DNA of 64,000 bases from Candidatus Woesearchaeota archaeon (GTDB lineage: Archaea > Nanobdellota > Nanobdellia > SCGC-AAA011-G17 > JAFCDX01): NCBI GenBank assembly GCA_017609465.1, contig JAFCDX010000003.1, positions 46,712 through 110,711 on the forward strand. Reading direction: 5' to 3'. Positions within the stretch are counted from its first letter, which is position 1. Every line of letters begins with the position of its first letter. Below the pieces are notes generated by a model, which saw only the letters and a program-made list of their open reading frames with translations, searched no databases and had not been told where the DNA came from. Positions 30,113-39,367 of the stretch are shown here, piece by piece. Made by a program: the position numbers and the translations under genes.

Positions 30113-32035
30113 ATTAAAGAAAGCCAACATCTTTATGTAAAAAGGAATATTGTAAAGACTTACTAAAAAACTCTTGCTAGTGTGGTATTGGTAATTATTC
30201 TCATCTTCATATATTATTGATAAGTTTGCAAAATTGTCCGAGCTATAAAATCTTTTTCCTTTTACTGTAAAAATTTTATTTTCATCTCCAAAAAATTCAT
30301 CCTGCCTGTATACTTCATCCCCATTAATATAAAAATGAACATTCTTAACAGGAGCATCGGAAGATAATAGGAATTTCAAATTAATATCCTCTTTATAGCT
30401 AAATTTGTCAGGATAATCAACATTTATTATCTTAAGATTAGGGTCATTAAGAGAATTTATCTCAATATATTTTTCTACATCTACATTATTGGATTTAGCG
30501 CTTATTCTTAATTCCTTGTTTGGATCTAGGTCATTAAATTCCACCTGCCTTGATTCACTTATATATAAATCAAAGTTCCTGCAATCATCATCCAAACAAA
30601 CATCCATATTTTTCAATACTGTATTCCCTGTATTTTTTACTTCGCATACTATGTTTGCTTTTTCATAATCAAAATAATATGGTTTTTTTGGGATGCAAGT
30701 CAAATCTATTTTTTGCGAATAAGAAGATTCTTCTTTTTCAAGATAAGAATATATGTCCTCTTCTACATCTTCCTTATTTATAGTTTCGTATAAATCTCCA
30801 TAAGCTATTTTTTCTGAATAAACCCCTCCAAAAGAACCTATAACTTCAAAAACAGTTGTATATAGATAATCCCTTTCAGTATCTTCAGGCATTATTGCTG
30901 TAAAAAAAACTGTTTTTTCTTCATTTGGCCTTAGCAAAATCATTTTTATGTTTGAATCCTGCAATCCCGGAGCTTTGGTAACTCTTAGATGAATAGGGAC
31001 ATAAAAGGATTGTAGGTTTTTTAAATTAATTTTAACAGGAACATAGCTTCCTGGTCCTACTTGATTATATAATGAATCCATCTCAACTCTAACCAGATTA
31101 GGCAATTTTTCTCCTTTTGATATTAATTGGGTGTTTATTTCCAATGACTTTGCATTAAAATCCATATCTCTAGAAGAAGCGCTTATTACCAAAGAAGGAT
31201 TTGAAGAGTCCTTTGATTCCCCCAAATTTATATGAGATGCATCAACATACCCATATTGTCCATATGTAACATCTACAGGTATCCATCCATAATCAGGAAA
31301 ATAAACTTCTGCCCATCCGTGATTGCCCCAATCTTCTGAGAGTGAAGTATAAGCAACTCCTGAAATAAATCTTGCCGGTATTCCCACAGACCTTGCCATT
31401 GAAATGAATAGATTAGTAATCTCGTCACAAACCCCCTCTCTATTTTCCAAAACCCAACTTGACTTTTGTACAACCTCTGCTGTTAATGTTGTTAAATTAT
31501 ATTGTATATTTGTTCTAACCCAATCCGATAATTTGAAAACTGCCTTATAATAATCATCCTCTCCTGCGATGATCTCATTTGCCTTATTTCTTATATCTTC
31601 ATTTATAACAATATATTCAGAGGGTTCTATAAATTGATTGTAATTTGGATCTAAGTTTTCCAATGGGAAATTTATTTTTTTAGGTATTTGTATTATTTGA
31701 TTGTTTCTTTGAACATTTGCCTCATAGTTTAGGTATATTGAAGTATCTGGATTTATCCATTTATATATTACTTTATCATCAGTCTTCCTTATTTCTGCAT
31801 CTGGATTTACATTGTAATTTACATTTGAAATTATCTGGTATTTTGAATCTCTTGGGTATAAAAAAAGTTCTCCTGTAAGAAAATCTGTCTCTGGATTTGG
31901 TCCCGTAGCAACAAGATCTATATTGGAATCTATTTTTAATTTCATGTTAACAGAAGCATATCCCTCAAAATCCTCCTGCGCAAAAGAAAAAACAGATAGA
32001 AGTACTACAAATACAAATAAAAATTTCAACCTCAT
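30104..32035 (-). CDS. Secreted transglutaminase-like (Cys-His-Asp) domain protein with Ig-like C-terminus
   Basis: Signal peptide; GVCDE, R..GIPARF.SG, HGWAEVY, W.P.D.T. Confidence 0.88.
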   Translation of the reverse strand: MRLKFLFVFVVLLSVFSFAQEDFEGYASVNMKLKIDSNIDLVATGPNPETDFLTGELFLYPRDSKYQIISNVNYNVNPDAEIRKTDDKVIYKWINPDTSIYLNYEANVQRNNQIIQIPKKINFPLENLDPNYNQFIEPSEYIVINEDIRNKANEIIAGEDDYYKAVFKLSDWVRTNIQYNLTTLTAEVVQKSSWVLENREGVCDEITNLFISMARSVGIPARFISGVAYTSLSEDWGNHGWAEVYFPDYGWIPVDVTYGQYGYVDASHINLGESKDSSNPSLVISASSRDMDFNAKSLEINTQLISKGEKLPNLVRVEMDSLYNQVGPGSYVPVKINLKNLQSFYVPIHLRVTKAPGLQDSNIKMILLRPNEEKTVFFTAIMPEDTERDYLYTTVFEVIGSFGGVYSEKIAYGDLYETINKEDVEEDIYSYLEKEESSYSQKIDLTCIPKKPYYFDYEKANIVCEVKNTGNTVLKNMDVCLDDDCRNFDLYISESRQVEFNDLDPNKELRISAKSNNVDVEKYIEINSLNDPNLKIINVDYPDKFSYKEDINLKFLLSSDAPVKNVHFYINGDEVYRQDEFFGDENKIFTVKGKRFYSSDNFANLSIIYEDENNYQYHTSKSFLVSLYNIPFYIKMLAFFNLI

Positions 32036-32985
32036 TTTTTTGACATTAGATTAATATATTCATTAAGTTTTTCTTTTATATTATTTTCTATTTTTATGTT
32101 ATTAATATTTTTTAATTTATTCACATCTGTAAGTGTTCCTGTAAAATTTCTTCCAGCGTCATGCATTTGTTTTTCTATATTCTTTGCTTCAATGGAATTG
32201 AATGATTTCGTAATAGGAAACTTAGTAATTGCATTTGAACCTGCTTTTAATAATGAATATACTTCATCTGTTCTTCTTGGAGTAACTCCAGTTATTATTT
32301 CCAACTTAGGAAACTCTATTCTTGTTTTAGCAACCCATTTCAAATATTGCTCTGTTGTTGGTCCTTTGGAATATGGAGTTCCTTTTACTGGTTTTAATGC
32401 ATAATAAGTTAGCCTGTCCAATTTATATTTCTTGATAAAATCTGCCAACAAATCAAAATCAGACTCCTTTTCACCAAGACCAATTATAATTGTGGCGCTT
32501 TTTTTTCCTTTGTAACTCTTTATCATTTCAAGATAAGGTTCTATTGGCTTATTTGGACATATTTTCTCATGAAGCTTTGGATTAATTGTTTCTATAGATG
32601 CAACTAAACCTTCAATATAAGGCTCAAATAATTTTATTTCCTCTTTGTTTAATGCTCCAAGATTGAGCCATATTCTATTTCCATACAATTCAGACACTTT
32701 TTTTGTTATATTTGCTAAATCATTTAAAGGATAAATATTGTATCCTCCTGTAAGAAACTCTATTCTCCAACCAAGATGTTTTGCCAACAATGCCTCTGTG
32801 TATATTGAAACAGGAGTTCTTCTTGCATTTTTAGCGTGTTTTATTCTTGATTTCAATGTTGACCTATAACAAAATTTGCACGTTCCTACATCACAATACC
32901 AGCTTACAAATATACATCTCCCAAACCAGGTTTCATTTGGAAAATTTTTTCTATAAACTTCATTTGCTTGTTCCAATAATTTCAT
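32032..32985 (-). CDS. Radical SAM protein, BioB/HmdB-like
   Basis: C-DVGT-C-KF-C cluster motif, FLTGG, WLNLG, IET, IIIGLGE, L.P..GT. Confidence 0.8.
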   Translation of the reverse strand: MKLLEQANEVYRKNFPNETWFGRCIFVSWYCDVGTCKFCYRSTLKSRIKHAKNARRTPVSIYTEALLAKHLGWRIEFLTGGYNIYPLNDLANITKKVSELYGNRIWLNLGALNKEEIKLFEPYIEGLVASIETINPKLHEKICPNKPIEPYLEMIKSYKGKKSATIIIGLGEKESDFDLLADFIKKYKLDRLTYYALKPVKGTPYSKGPTTEQYLKWVAKTRIEFPKLEIITGVTPRRTDEVYSLLKAGSNAITKFPITKSFNSIEAKNIEKQMHDAGRNFTGTLTDVNKLKNINNIKIENNIKEKLNEYINLMSKK

Positions 32986-33348
32986 TTTAAATCTACATTA
33001 AAAAAATTTAAACTTCCTTTGAATGATATTGGTTTTTTCTTCTTGGATTTTTTAATATAAACCCATAACCTCCCACTTCATTGAAAATACCAAATGCTTG
33101 TCTTTATCAATTAAAAATTCTTTTTTGTTATCATATTTTTTAACATCAACCAATTCAACTTCTCCTACGATTTTTTGTCTTGGCAATTCCTTAAAATTAA
33201 ACTCTTTCATTTTCTTTTCGTAAATGTTTCCTGAAGCATGCACAAAAAATTTCCCTTTAAATTTAGTATTCCATTTTCTTATTTCTATTGTTTTCCTTCC
33301 TTGTATAACCAATTCTTCCCATGGCTGTTTTAATGATAATGCTTTCAT
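32982..33348 (-). pseudogene. ASCH-domain protein with frameshifted C-terminus
   Basis: KALSLKQPW..L...G.KTIE.R.W. The expected tail segments YGFILKNPRR and KPISFKGSLNFF lie in two other frames, ending at a TGA overlapping the next ATG. Confidence 0.75.
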
Positions 33349-34367
33349 TTTAATTGATTTTTTATGTTATCTATAAAGGTATGAAAATCGTCTGCGGAAA
33401 CACTGGAACCGCATGCATGTTCATGACCACCCCCATAACCCTTAACATTTACTAATGCTTTTTTTAATATTGGGGGTATTACTATTTTAGAAGATCTTAG
33501 ACTCATTTTTATTTCATTTCCTTTTTCTCTCCCTATAATTATTATTTTATCAGGAAATTTATGTATAAGTTCATTGGATAATTCAGAAGTAAAACTCATT
33601 TTAGAACTTGAATACGTAAATATTATAGGATTGTAATTCTTTTTTTCAAGAGCCTTTTCAAGAAGAATATCATATTGTTTTTTTATATGAGTATAATACC
33701 TATGCAAATATTTTCCTTTTGGGGTTTTCTGGTCAAGAATCTCGTAAGGATCTCTTATTTTTGAAAGTATAGATATATTTTTTCTTATGTCAATTGTCTT
33801 ACCTTTCAAGATAAAGGAAAATATTCTTATTAATTCCCCAAGCCTTGTTTCAAATATTATTTTTCCAGGGTCTTTTTCATTTTTTATCAAACCAGGATAT
33901 TTTTTCTTAAATTCTTTTAAATAATCTGGGATATACCAATCAGCGATAGCACCTATAGTAGCAATCCATAAAGATCCTTTTGTTATTTTATAAGACCAAT
34001 AAGATACAGGGGAATTATCTTTTGGGTTTCTTATCAAAGGATTATAATAATGAACTCCTTTTCTCTTCACAATAGGATGATGATCAATCCAATATAAAGG
34101 AACATTTACCTTGTCTATGAAATCCTGCCCTATAATGGGTTTGTCCAATACAAAAACTTTGTCGGGACTCAATTCATTTATTTTTCTTAAATAACTTATA
34201 TCAAGCATGGGAGAAGATTTAATTATTATTCCCTTTGAATTCTCATTTAATTCCTTGAACAAAAGATAAGAACATAAACCATCAGGGTCATCATCAAAGA
34301 AAACCAATGGATTCTCGGAATCTGCAAAAGCTTCTCTTATAATCTTAATTTCCTTGTCTATTATCAT
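33345..34367 (-). CDS. DHH/DHHA1 phosphoesterase (RecJ/NrnA-like)
   Basis: DDDPDG, LD, IDHH, SLRS, GGGH..A.G. Confidence 0.9.
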   Translation of the reverse strand: MIIDKEIKIIREAFADSENPLVFFDDDPDGLCSYLLFKELNENSKGIIIKSSPMLDISYLRKINELSPDKVFVLDKPIIGQDFIDKVNVPLYWIDHHPIVKRKGVHYYNPLIRNPKDNSPVSYWSYKITKGSLWIATIGAIADWYIPDYLKEFKKKYPGLIKNEKDPGKIIFETRLGELIRIFSFILKGKTIDIRKNISILSKIRDPYEILDQKTPKGKYLHRYYTHIKKQYDILLEKALEKKNYNPIIFTYSSSKMSFTSELSNELIHKFPDKIIIIGREKGNEIKMSLRSSKIVIPPILKKALVNVKGYGGGHEHACGSSVSADDFHTFIDNIKNQLK

Positions 34368-34417
34368 ATATTAAAATTGTAGAAAACATTTAAAAATGTT
34401 TATATTATAATCAGTAT

Positions 34418-35017
34418 ATGAAAATACTGAAGGAATATGAAGCCGAGGAATTATTGAAAAAAGAGGGTTTTAATATTGTTGAGAGAGATATAGCAGAAAA
34501 TAAGGAACAAGCAATAAAAAAAGCAGAAAAGATAGGATATCCTGTTGTTCTCAAAAATATTGAGCTTTTGCATAAATCAGACAAAAATGGAGTTAGATTA
34601 AATATTTATAAGGAAAACCTGGAAAAGAATTTCAAGGAGTTAAAATCAAAAAAAGTCCTTATACAAAAACAGGAGAAAGGTTCCGAATTCTTAATTGGAA
34701 TAAAAAAAGATGATGTGTTTGGACATGTAATCATGTTTGGTATTGGTGGGATTTATACTGAATTGCTAAATGATATATCATTAAGAGTATATCCTATATC
34801 TAAAAAGGATGCAAAGGATATGGTAGATGATATAAAATATAATAAAATATTTAATTTTAGAAACGTAAAACTTAACAAAAAAGTGATAATCAATAATTTG
34901 TTGAAAATTAATTCATTAGTCAAAAAATATCCAAAAATAAAAGAGCTTGACATAAACCCTTTAATATTAAATGAAAAAGAAGGAGTTATAGCAGATGCCA
35001 GAATCATATTTGAGTAA
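34418..35017 (+). CDS. acdB: Acetate-CoA ligase (ADP-forming) beta subunit, ATP-grasp
   Basis: EYEA..LL, GYPVVLK, HKSD..GV, FG.V.MFG.GG, ELDINPL, DARI. Confidence 0.9.
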   Translation: MKILKEYEAEELLKKEGFNIVERDIAENKEQAIKKAEKIGYPVVLKNIELLHKSDKNGVRLNIYKENLEKNFKELKSKKVLIQKQEKGSEFLIGIKKDDVFGHVIMFGIGGIYTELLNDISLRVYPISKKDAKDMVDDIKYNKIFNFRNVKLNKKVIINNLLKINSLVKKYPKIKELDINPLILNEKEGVIADARIIFE

Positions 35018-35285
35018 TATATGGCTAAGGATTTTAATATATGTATTTATCTTAATTGCATTGTTTATATACGTTAAATTATCAAGAATTGAGATAAATG
35101 GTGTTAAATTAATAAAATTGCATTGGAGAATCATACTCGCGGTGTTTTTTCCATTAATATTTGTTATATTCTTCTTTTTAGGATCAATTTTCTTGGCATT
35201 TATATTAACCATAATTTTCATAATATTGTTGATTAGTATATTAACAAGCTTTTATTATAAAAGAAAGGTTTTTAAACATAAATAA
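34995..35285 (+). CDS. Small membrane protein
   Basis: Hydrophobic ORF filling the gap; start uncertain. Confidence 0.5.
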   Translation: MPESYLSNIWLRILIYVFILIALFIYVKLSRIEINGVKLIKLHWRIILAVFFPLIFVIFFFLGSIFLAFILTIIFIILLISILTSFYYKRKVFKHK

Positions 35286-35297
35286 GAAACATATAAT

Positions 35298-35501
35298 ATG
35301 AGACCCATACTATCCTTAACTGCTATGGAAAAACTACTTAGAAAATATGGAGCTTTAAGAGTAAGTGATGAGGCAAAAAGAGCATTAGCAGAAATATTAG
35401 AAGATCATGCAGAGCAAATATCTGACAAGGCAATCAAGATAGCAAAGCACGCAAAGAGAAAAACCATAAAAGCCGGAGATATAAAATTAGCAGTTAAGTA
35501 A
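35298..35501 (+). CDS. Archaeal histone
   Basis: GA.RVS..A..AL...LE, A.HA.RKTIKA.DI.LA. Confidence 0.95.
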   Translation: MRPILSLTAMEKLLRKYGALRVSDEAKRALAEILEDHAEQISDKAIKIAKHAKRKTIKAGDIKLAVK

Positions 35502-36123
35502 AACCATATTCTCCTCTTAAGGGTACAAAAGCAAAATCACCTAAATCTTCCCTTATTAATTTTCCTTTTTCTTTTGTGATTTTAATCATTTTTTGTTGTT
35601 GTTGATTATAACCAACAGGAGCAATTAATATCCCATTTTCCTTTAACTGTTCTATTAATGGACTTGGAATATCCGGAGATGCTGCAGTAACAATAATCTT
35701 GTCATAAGGAGCCTCTTTTTCATATCCTTTAGAACCATCCCCATGAATAACAGTTACATTCTTTATATTTACTTTTTTTAGATTTTCTTTTGCAAAATCA
35801 TATAATTCTTTTACATATTCAATCGTATAAACATTTCTTGCTAATTTAGAAATAAGAGCTGCATTATATCCAGATCCAGTTCCAATCTCTAAAACTTTAT
35901 CTGTTTTTTTTAAATCTAAGGCGTCAAGCATTAACATTATTGTTGTAGGTTGCGATATTGTTTGTCCCCCAAGAATTGGTAATGGATTATCATCATAAGA
36001 TTTATCAACTAAATCATCAAGAACAAATTTTTCTCTTGGAATTTCTTCAAAAGCCTTTAATAATTTATCATTTTTAATTAATTTAGAATCTTTCCAATAT
36101 CTTAACAAAGATTTTTTAGACAT
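35494..36123 (-). CDS. pcm: Protein-L-isoaspartate O-methyltransferase
   Basis: PRE.F, GQTISQP, VLEIGTGSGY, GDGS.G, APYD.I.VTA, FVPL. Confidence 0.95.
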   Translation of the reverse strand: MSKKSLLRYWKDSKLIKNDKLLKAFEEIPREKFVLDDLVDKSYDDNPLPILGGQTISQPTTIMLMLDALDLKKTDKVLEIGTGSGYNAALISKLARNVYTIEYVKELYDFAKENLKKVNIKNVTVIHGDGSKGYEKEAPYDKIIVTAASPDIPSPLIEQLKENGILIAPVGYNQQQQKMIKITKEKGKLIREDLGDFAFVPLRGEYGFT

Positions 36124-36704
36124 TATTTGCCTCTTCTTTTATTTGCTCTTAGACTGGGCCTTATTTTTTCTGCCCCTTTTCCTTTATTTCCTTTAAGTCC
36201 CCTAGACTTTCTTCCTGCGCTAGTTAAACCTCTATATACTCTTCCTTTCTGTTTATTAGAACAAATCCAGTTAATTTTCTTGTCTTTTTTTATCTCTGGG
36301 CTTTGAGGGTCTACCATTATCACTTCAAACCAAGAATGCTTACCGTCTTTTGCCAACCAATAACTTCCAAGAACTTCCAAATTTACAAACTTTCTGTTAG
36401 CACGCTCTTCAGCAATCCATTGATAATTTTTCTTGACTATTTTTCTTTGTCCTGCTCTCTTAGACCTTCTTCCTTTATTTATTCTCTGTCTTTTTCTTCC
36501 ACCACTTTTAACTCTTACACGTGAAACAACAAAACCTTTTTTTGCCCTATAACCCAAAGTTCTTGCTCTATCCAATCTAGTTGGTTTATCTACTTTAACA
36601 ACAGAATTCTCTTTTCTCCATTTAACAAGTCTATCTTTCCAAATAGAACCAAGATTTGCCTTTGGTTTCTTCCATGCTTCGCTTATTTTTTTGTATAATC
36701 CCAT
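36123..36704 (-). CDS. rpl15e: 50S ribosomal protein eL15
   Basis: [35 protein letters not shown]. Confidence 0.97.
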   Translation of the reverse strand: MGLYKKISEAWKKPKANLGSIWKDRLVKWRKENSVVKVDKPTRLDRARTLGYRAKKGFVVSRVRVKSGGRKRQRINKGRRSKRAGQRKIVKKNYQWIAEERANRKFVNLEVLGSYWLAKDGKHSWFEVIMVDPQSPEIKKDKKINWICSNKQKGRVYRGLTSAGRKSRGLKGNKGKGAEKIRPSLRANKRRGK

Positions 36705-36713
36705 TTTTCCTTT

Positions 36714-36740
36714 GATTCAGGCCCCATTGAAACCCACATC
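36714..36740 (-). promoter_or_regulatory. Candidate structured 5' leader of rpl15e
   Basis: GC-rich GATGTGGGTTTC-AAT-GGGGCCTGAATC hairpin 10 nt upstream of the ATG, in AT-rich context. Confidence 0.4.
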
Positions 36741-36798
36741 TCATTTAATTAAAAAATCAAATGAAATATATATAAATGTTTTGATTATCTCTTGATAT

Positions 36799-37359
36799 AT
36801 GGCTATTATAACCTTTAAAGAAATATTCTATATGGTTGTTATAACTGTAGTTTTAGCGTATATATTCATGAGTTTTATCAGACCTAAGAATACTGAATTT
36901 TTCACATACAAAAAAAGAGGTTTTGATTGGGATTCTTTCAAGTTTTCAGCAATGGTTGCAGCACCTGGAGTAATACTCCATGAATTAGGACATAAATTTA
37001 TGGGGCTGTATTTTGGATATAATGCATCTTTTGAGATATTCTGGTTTGGTTTGTTCCTGGGTGTTTTCTTAAAAATAATAGGGAGTCCTTTCCTAATAAT
37101 AGCCCCAGGTTATGTTACTTTGCCAGGGATAGCAAACCCTTTACATTTATCGCTTACAGCATTTGCAGGTCCTTTCATAAATCTTGTATTATGGATTGGT
37201 TCCTTGGCAATACTAAACAGAGCAAAATTAACAAGGAAACAGGCAGAATTTTTCTATCTTACAAAGCACATTAATATGATATTATTCATATTTAATATGA
37301 TACCATTTCCTCCTCTTGATGGGTCAAAAGTGTTAACTGGGTTGTTCTCTTTCCTTTAA
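36799..37359 (+). CDS. M50-family (site-2) membrane metalloprotease, short form
   Basis: HELGH, AGP..N, FN.IPFPPLDG. Confidence 0.9.
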   Translation: MAIITFKEIFYMVVITVVLAYIFMSFIRPKNTEFFTYKKRGFDWDSFKFSAMVAAPGVILHELGHKFMGLYFGYNASFEIFWFGLFLGVFLKIIGSPFLIIAPGYVTLPGIANPLHLSLTAFAGPFINLVLWIGSLAILNRAKLTRKQAEFFYLTKHINMILFIFNMIPFPPLDGSKVLTGLFSFL

Positions 37360-38115
37360 TTCATTTTCAAGAAACTCTATTTCTTTTTTTATCTTATTTA
37401 TCTCTTTTGACTTATCTTGCTCTAGGAGCTTTCCACACTCAGGACACCTGAATTCAAGTTCCATTGCTTCTTGCAAATCAACTCTTTCGCATTTGTTTGC
37501 ACATATATAGAAATAATTTGTTTGCTCTTCTTTTATTTTATTTTTTAATTTCTCAAGTCTCTTTCTTTTAGTGTCCCAATACAAATCTTCAACCTTTTTA
37601 GGGTCAAGTGTCCAATAATAAATATACCATCCTCTTTGCTTGTCTTTTTTTCTTACTGAATTAACAAGGGAATAATTGTCAAGTTTGTATATTATTTTCC
37701 TGAATTGATTTATTGACATATTCAACTTTTCTGCAATTATAAATTCAGAAACATTGTTTTTCTTCAATAACAAATCCACAACAGGTATTGTGTCCTGGCC
37801 TATTAAATCAGCTATGAAATCCTTTACCTTTTGCTCGGAAATCTTTAAATGATATATAGGGGGTTTTAATTTTTCTTCTTCCTTCTTTTTTGTTCTTTTT
37901 TTAGTTGGTTTTTTCTTAGCAACCTTCTTTTTTGTTGATTTCTTTGATTTTTTTATATGTTTTTTCTTGATGGTTTTCTTAGAAGTTTTCTTCTTTTTTG
38001 TTGATTTTTTCTTTACTTTCTTTTTTTTGGATGATTTTTTTGACTTAGAAGAAAGCTTTTTTCTAGTAGTTTTCTTTTTTAATCCCTTAGAAGTCTTTTT
38101 TGATTTTTTGGCCAT
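37333..38115 (-). CDS. tfe: Transcription factor E (TFE alpha) with Lys-rich N-terminal extension
   Basis: EF.IAE...N..RK..YKL, RKKD..RGWY.YYW, C..C, AME.EFRCPECG..L. Confidence 0.9.
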   Translation of the reverse strand: MAKKSKKTSKGLKKKTTRKKLSSKSKKSSKKKKVKKKSTKKKKTSKKTIKKKHIKKSKKSTKKKVAKKKPTKKRTKKKEEEKLKPPIYHLKISEQKVKDFIADLIGQDTIPVVDLLLKKNNVSEFIIAEKLNMSINQFRKIIYKLDNYSLVNSVRKKDKQRGWYIYYWTLDPKKVEDLYWDTKRKRLEKLKNKIKEEQTNYFYICANKCERVDLQEAMELEFRCPECGKLLEQDKSKEINKIKKEIEFLENELKEREQPS

Positions 38116-38216
38116 AAGGTTTTTAATAACAATAACCAATATAAAAACTTTTTGATTTATTTACTACAATAAAATAACAAGAAAAGCTTTTAATAATGGA
38201 GTAATTTAATTTATAC

Positions 38217-38654
38217 ATGGGTATTTTCAAGAAAAAAGAGAAAAAAGAGGATAAAGACAAGCTTCCTGAACTCCCAAAAATGGAGTTTCCAAGTTATGAG
38301 CCTCAAATAAACAAAATAGATAAACAAGAAGATTCTGAGGAAGAGGAAGAGATTCCTAAAAATTACAAACCTGTAATGAAGAGACCTGTAAGTTATGAAA
38401 GTTCTATGCCAAGAAGAAGAGCGGAAGTTGAGGAAGGAAAACCCCTTTTCATAAAGATAGAAAAATACAAGGAAGCAATAAATGACTTAGAAAACATAAA
38501 GAAAAGAATAAGAGAGGCAGAAGATATTCTTAGCGAACTTGAAAGGATAAAGCAAGAAGAAGATAAAGAGATAGAAAACTGGAGAATTGAGGTAAACAAA
38601 ATAAAGGACAGATTAATGGATGTTGATAGAAAATTATTTGAAGGAGAATCATGA
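38217..38654 (+). CDS. Hypothetical coiled-coil protein
   Basis: LPELP, PLFIKIEKY followed by a coiled coil. Confidence 0.7.
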   Translation: MGIFKKKEKKEDKDKLPELPKMEFPSYEPQINKIDKQEDSEEEEEIPKNYKPVMKRPVSYESSMPRRRAEVEEGKPLFIKIEKYKEAINDLENIKKRIREAEDILSELERIKQEEDKEIENWRIEVNKIKDRLMDVDRKLFEGES

Positions 38655-39022
38655 TGGATGAAAATCTTATGTTTGTTCAATTAAACAAACCTAATGAATT
38701 GAGAAAAAGTATTCTGAGAAGTGCTCTTGACACAACAACACTTTTAAAAGATTTTGATAATATTAAAGAAATAAAGGAAGAAAAATATGGGGCTATGGAA
38801 AATCTCATAGGAAGATTAAAAGAAATTAAAAAATTGAGCAATAAAATGGAAAAACATCTCCCAAAAGTTGAAATTGAAAAACCTGAGAAAAGAAAAATTA
38901 AACCAGAAAAAAAAGGGAAAAAACAATTCACTGAAAAAAAGATATCCAAGAAAATTTCTTCTGAAGATGATGCTCTTGCAGAAGAGATAATGAATATTGA
39001 GAAAAAGTTAAAATCAATATAA
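38651..39022 (+). CDS. Hypothetical protein
   Basis: Coupled ORF (ATGA overlap). Confidence 0.7.
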   Translation: MMDENLMFVQLNKPNELRKSILRSALDTTTLLKDFDNIKEIKEEKYGAMENLIGRLKEIKKLSNKMEKHLPKVEIEKPEKRKIKPEKKGKKQFTEKKISKKISSEDDALAEEIMNIEKKLKSI

Positions 39023-39023
39023 A

Positions 39024-39332
39024 ATGGTATGGAATCCATTCAAACAAAAAAAGAATATATTCAAAGAAAGGGGAAATCTTATAATAAAATTAAATCTTGA
39101 AGGTTTTGATAAGAAAAATATTAAAGTTGATGTTAGAACCAATAGGATATATGTCTCAGGAGAAAGAAAAGATAAAGAGAAGATAAAGAAAAAAGGTTTA
39201 TTTAAACAAAAAATAGAATATTCTTCATACAGTGACAGTTTTACATTGCCTGAAAAAGTAATTCCAAAGAAGGCCAAATGGACATATAAAAATAATATTC
39301 TCAGAATAAATATCCCCATAGCAAAATCATAG
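39024..39332 (+). CDS. Hsp20/alpha-crystallin domain protein
   Basis: L.GF.K.NI.V, VSGER, F.LP..V....A...Y.N.IL.I.IP. Confidence 0.85.
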   Translation: MVWNPFKQKKNIFKERGNLIIKLNLEGFDKKNIKVDVRTNRIYVSGERKDKEKIKKKGLFKQKIEYSSYSDSFTLPEKVIPKKAKWTYKNNILRINIPIAKS

Positions 39333-39367
39333 AAAATTTTATATAACAATCTAATCAATAATTCTTA

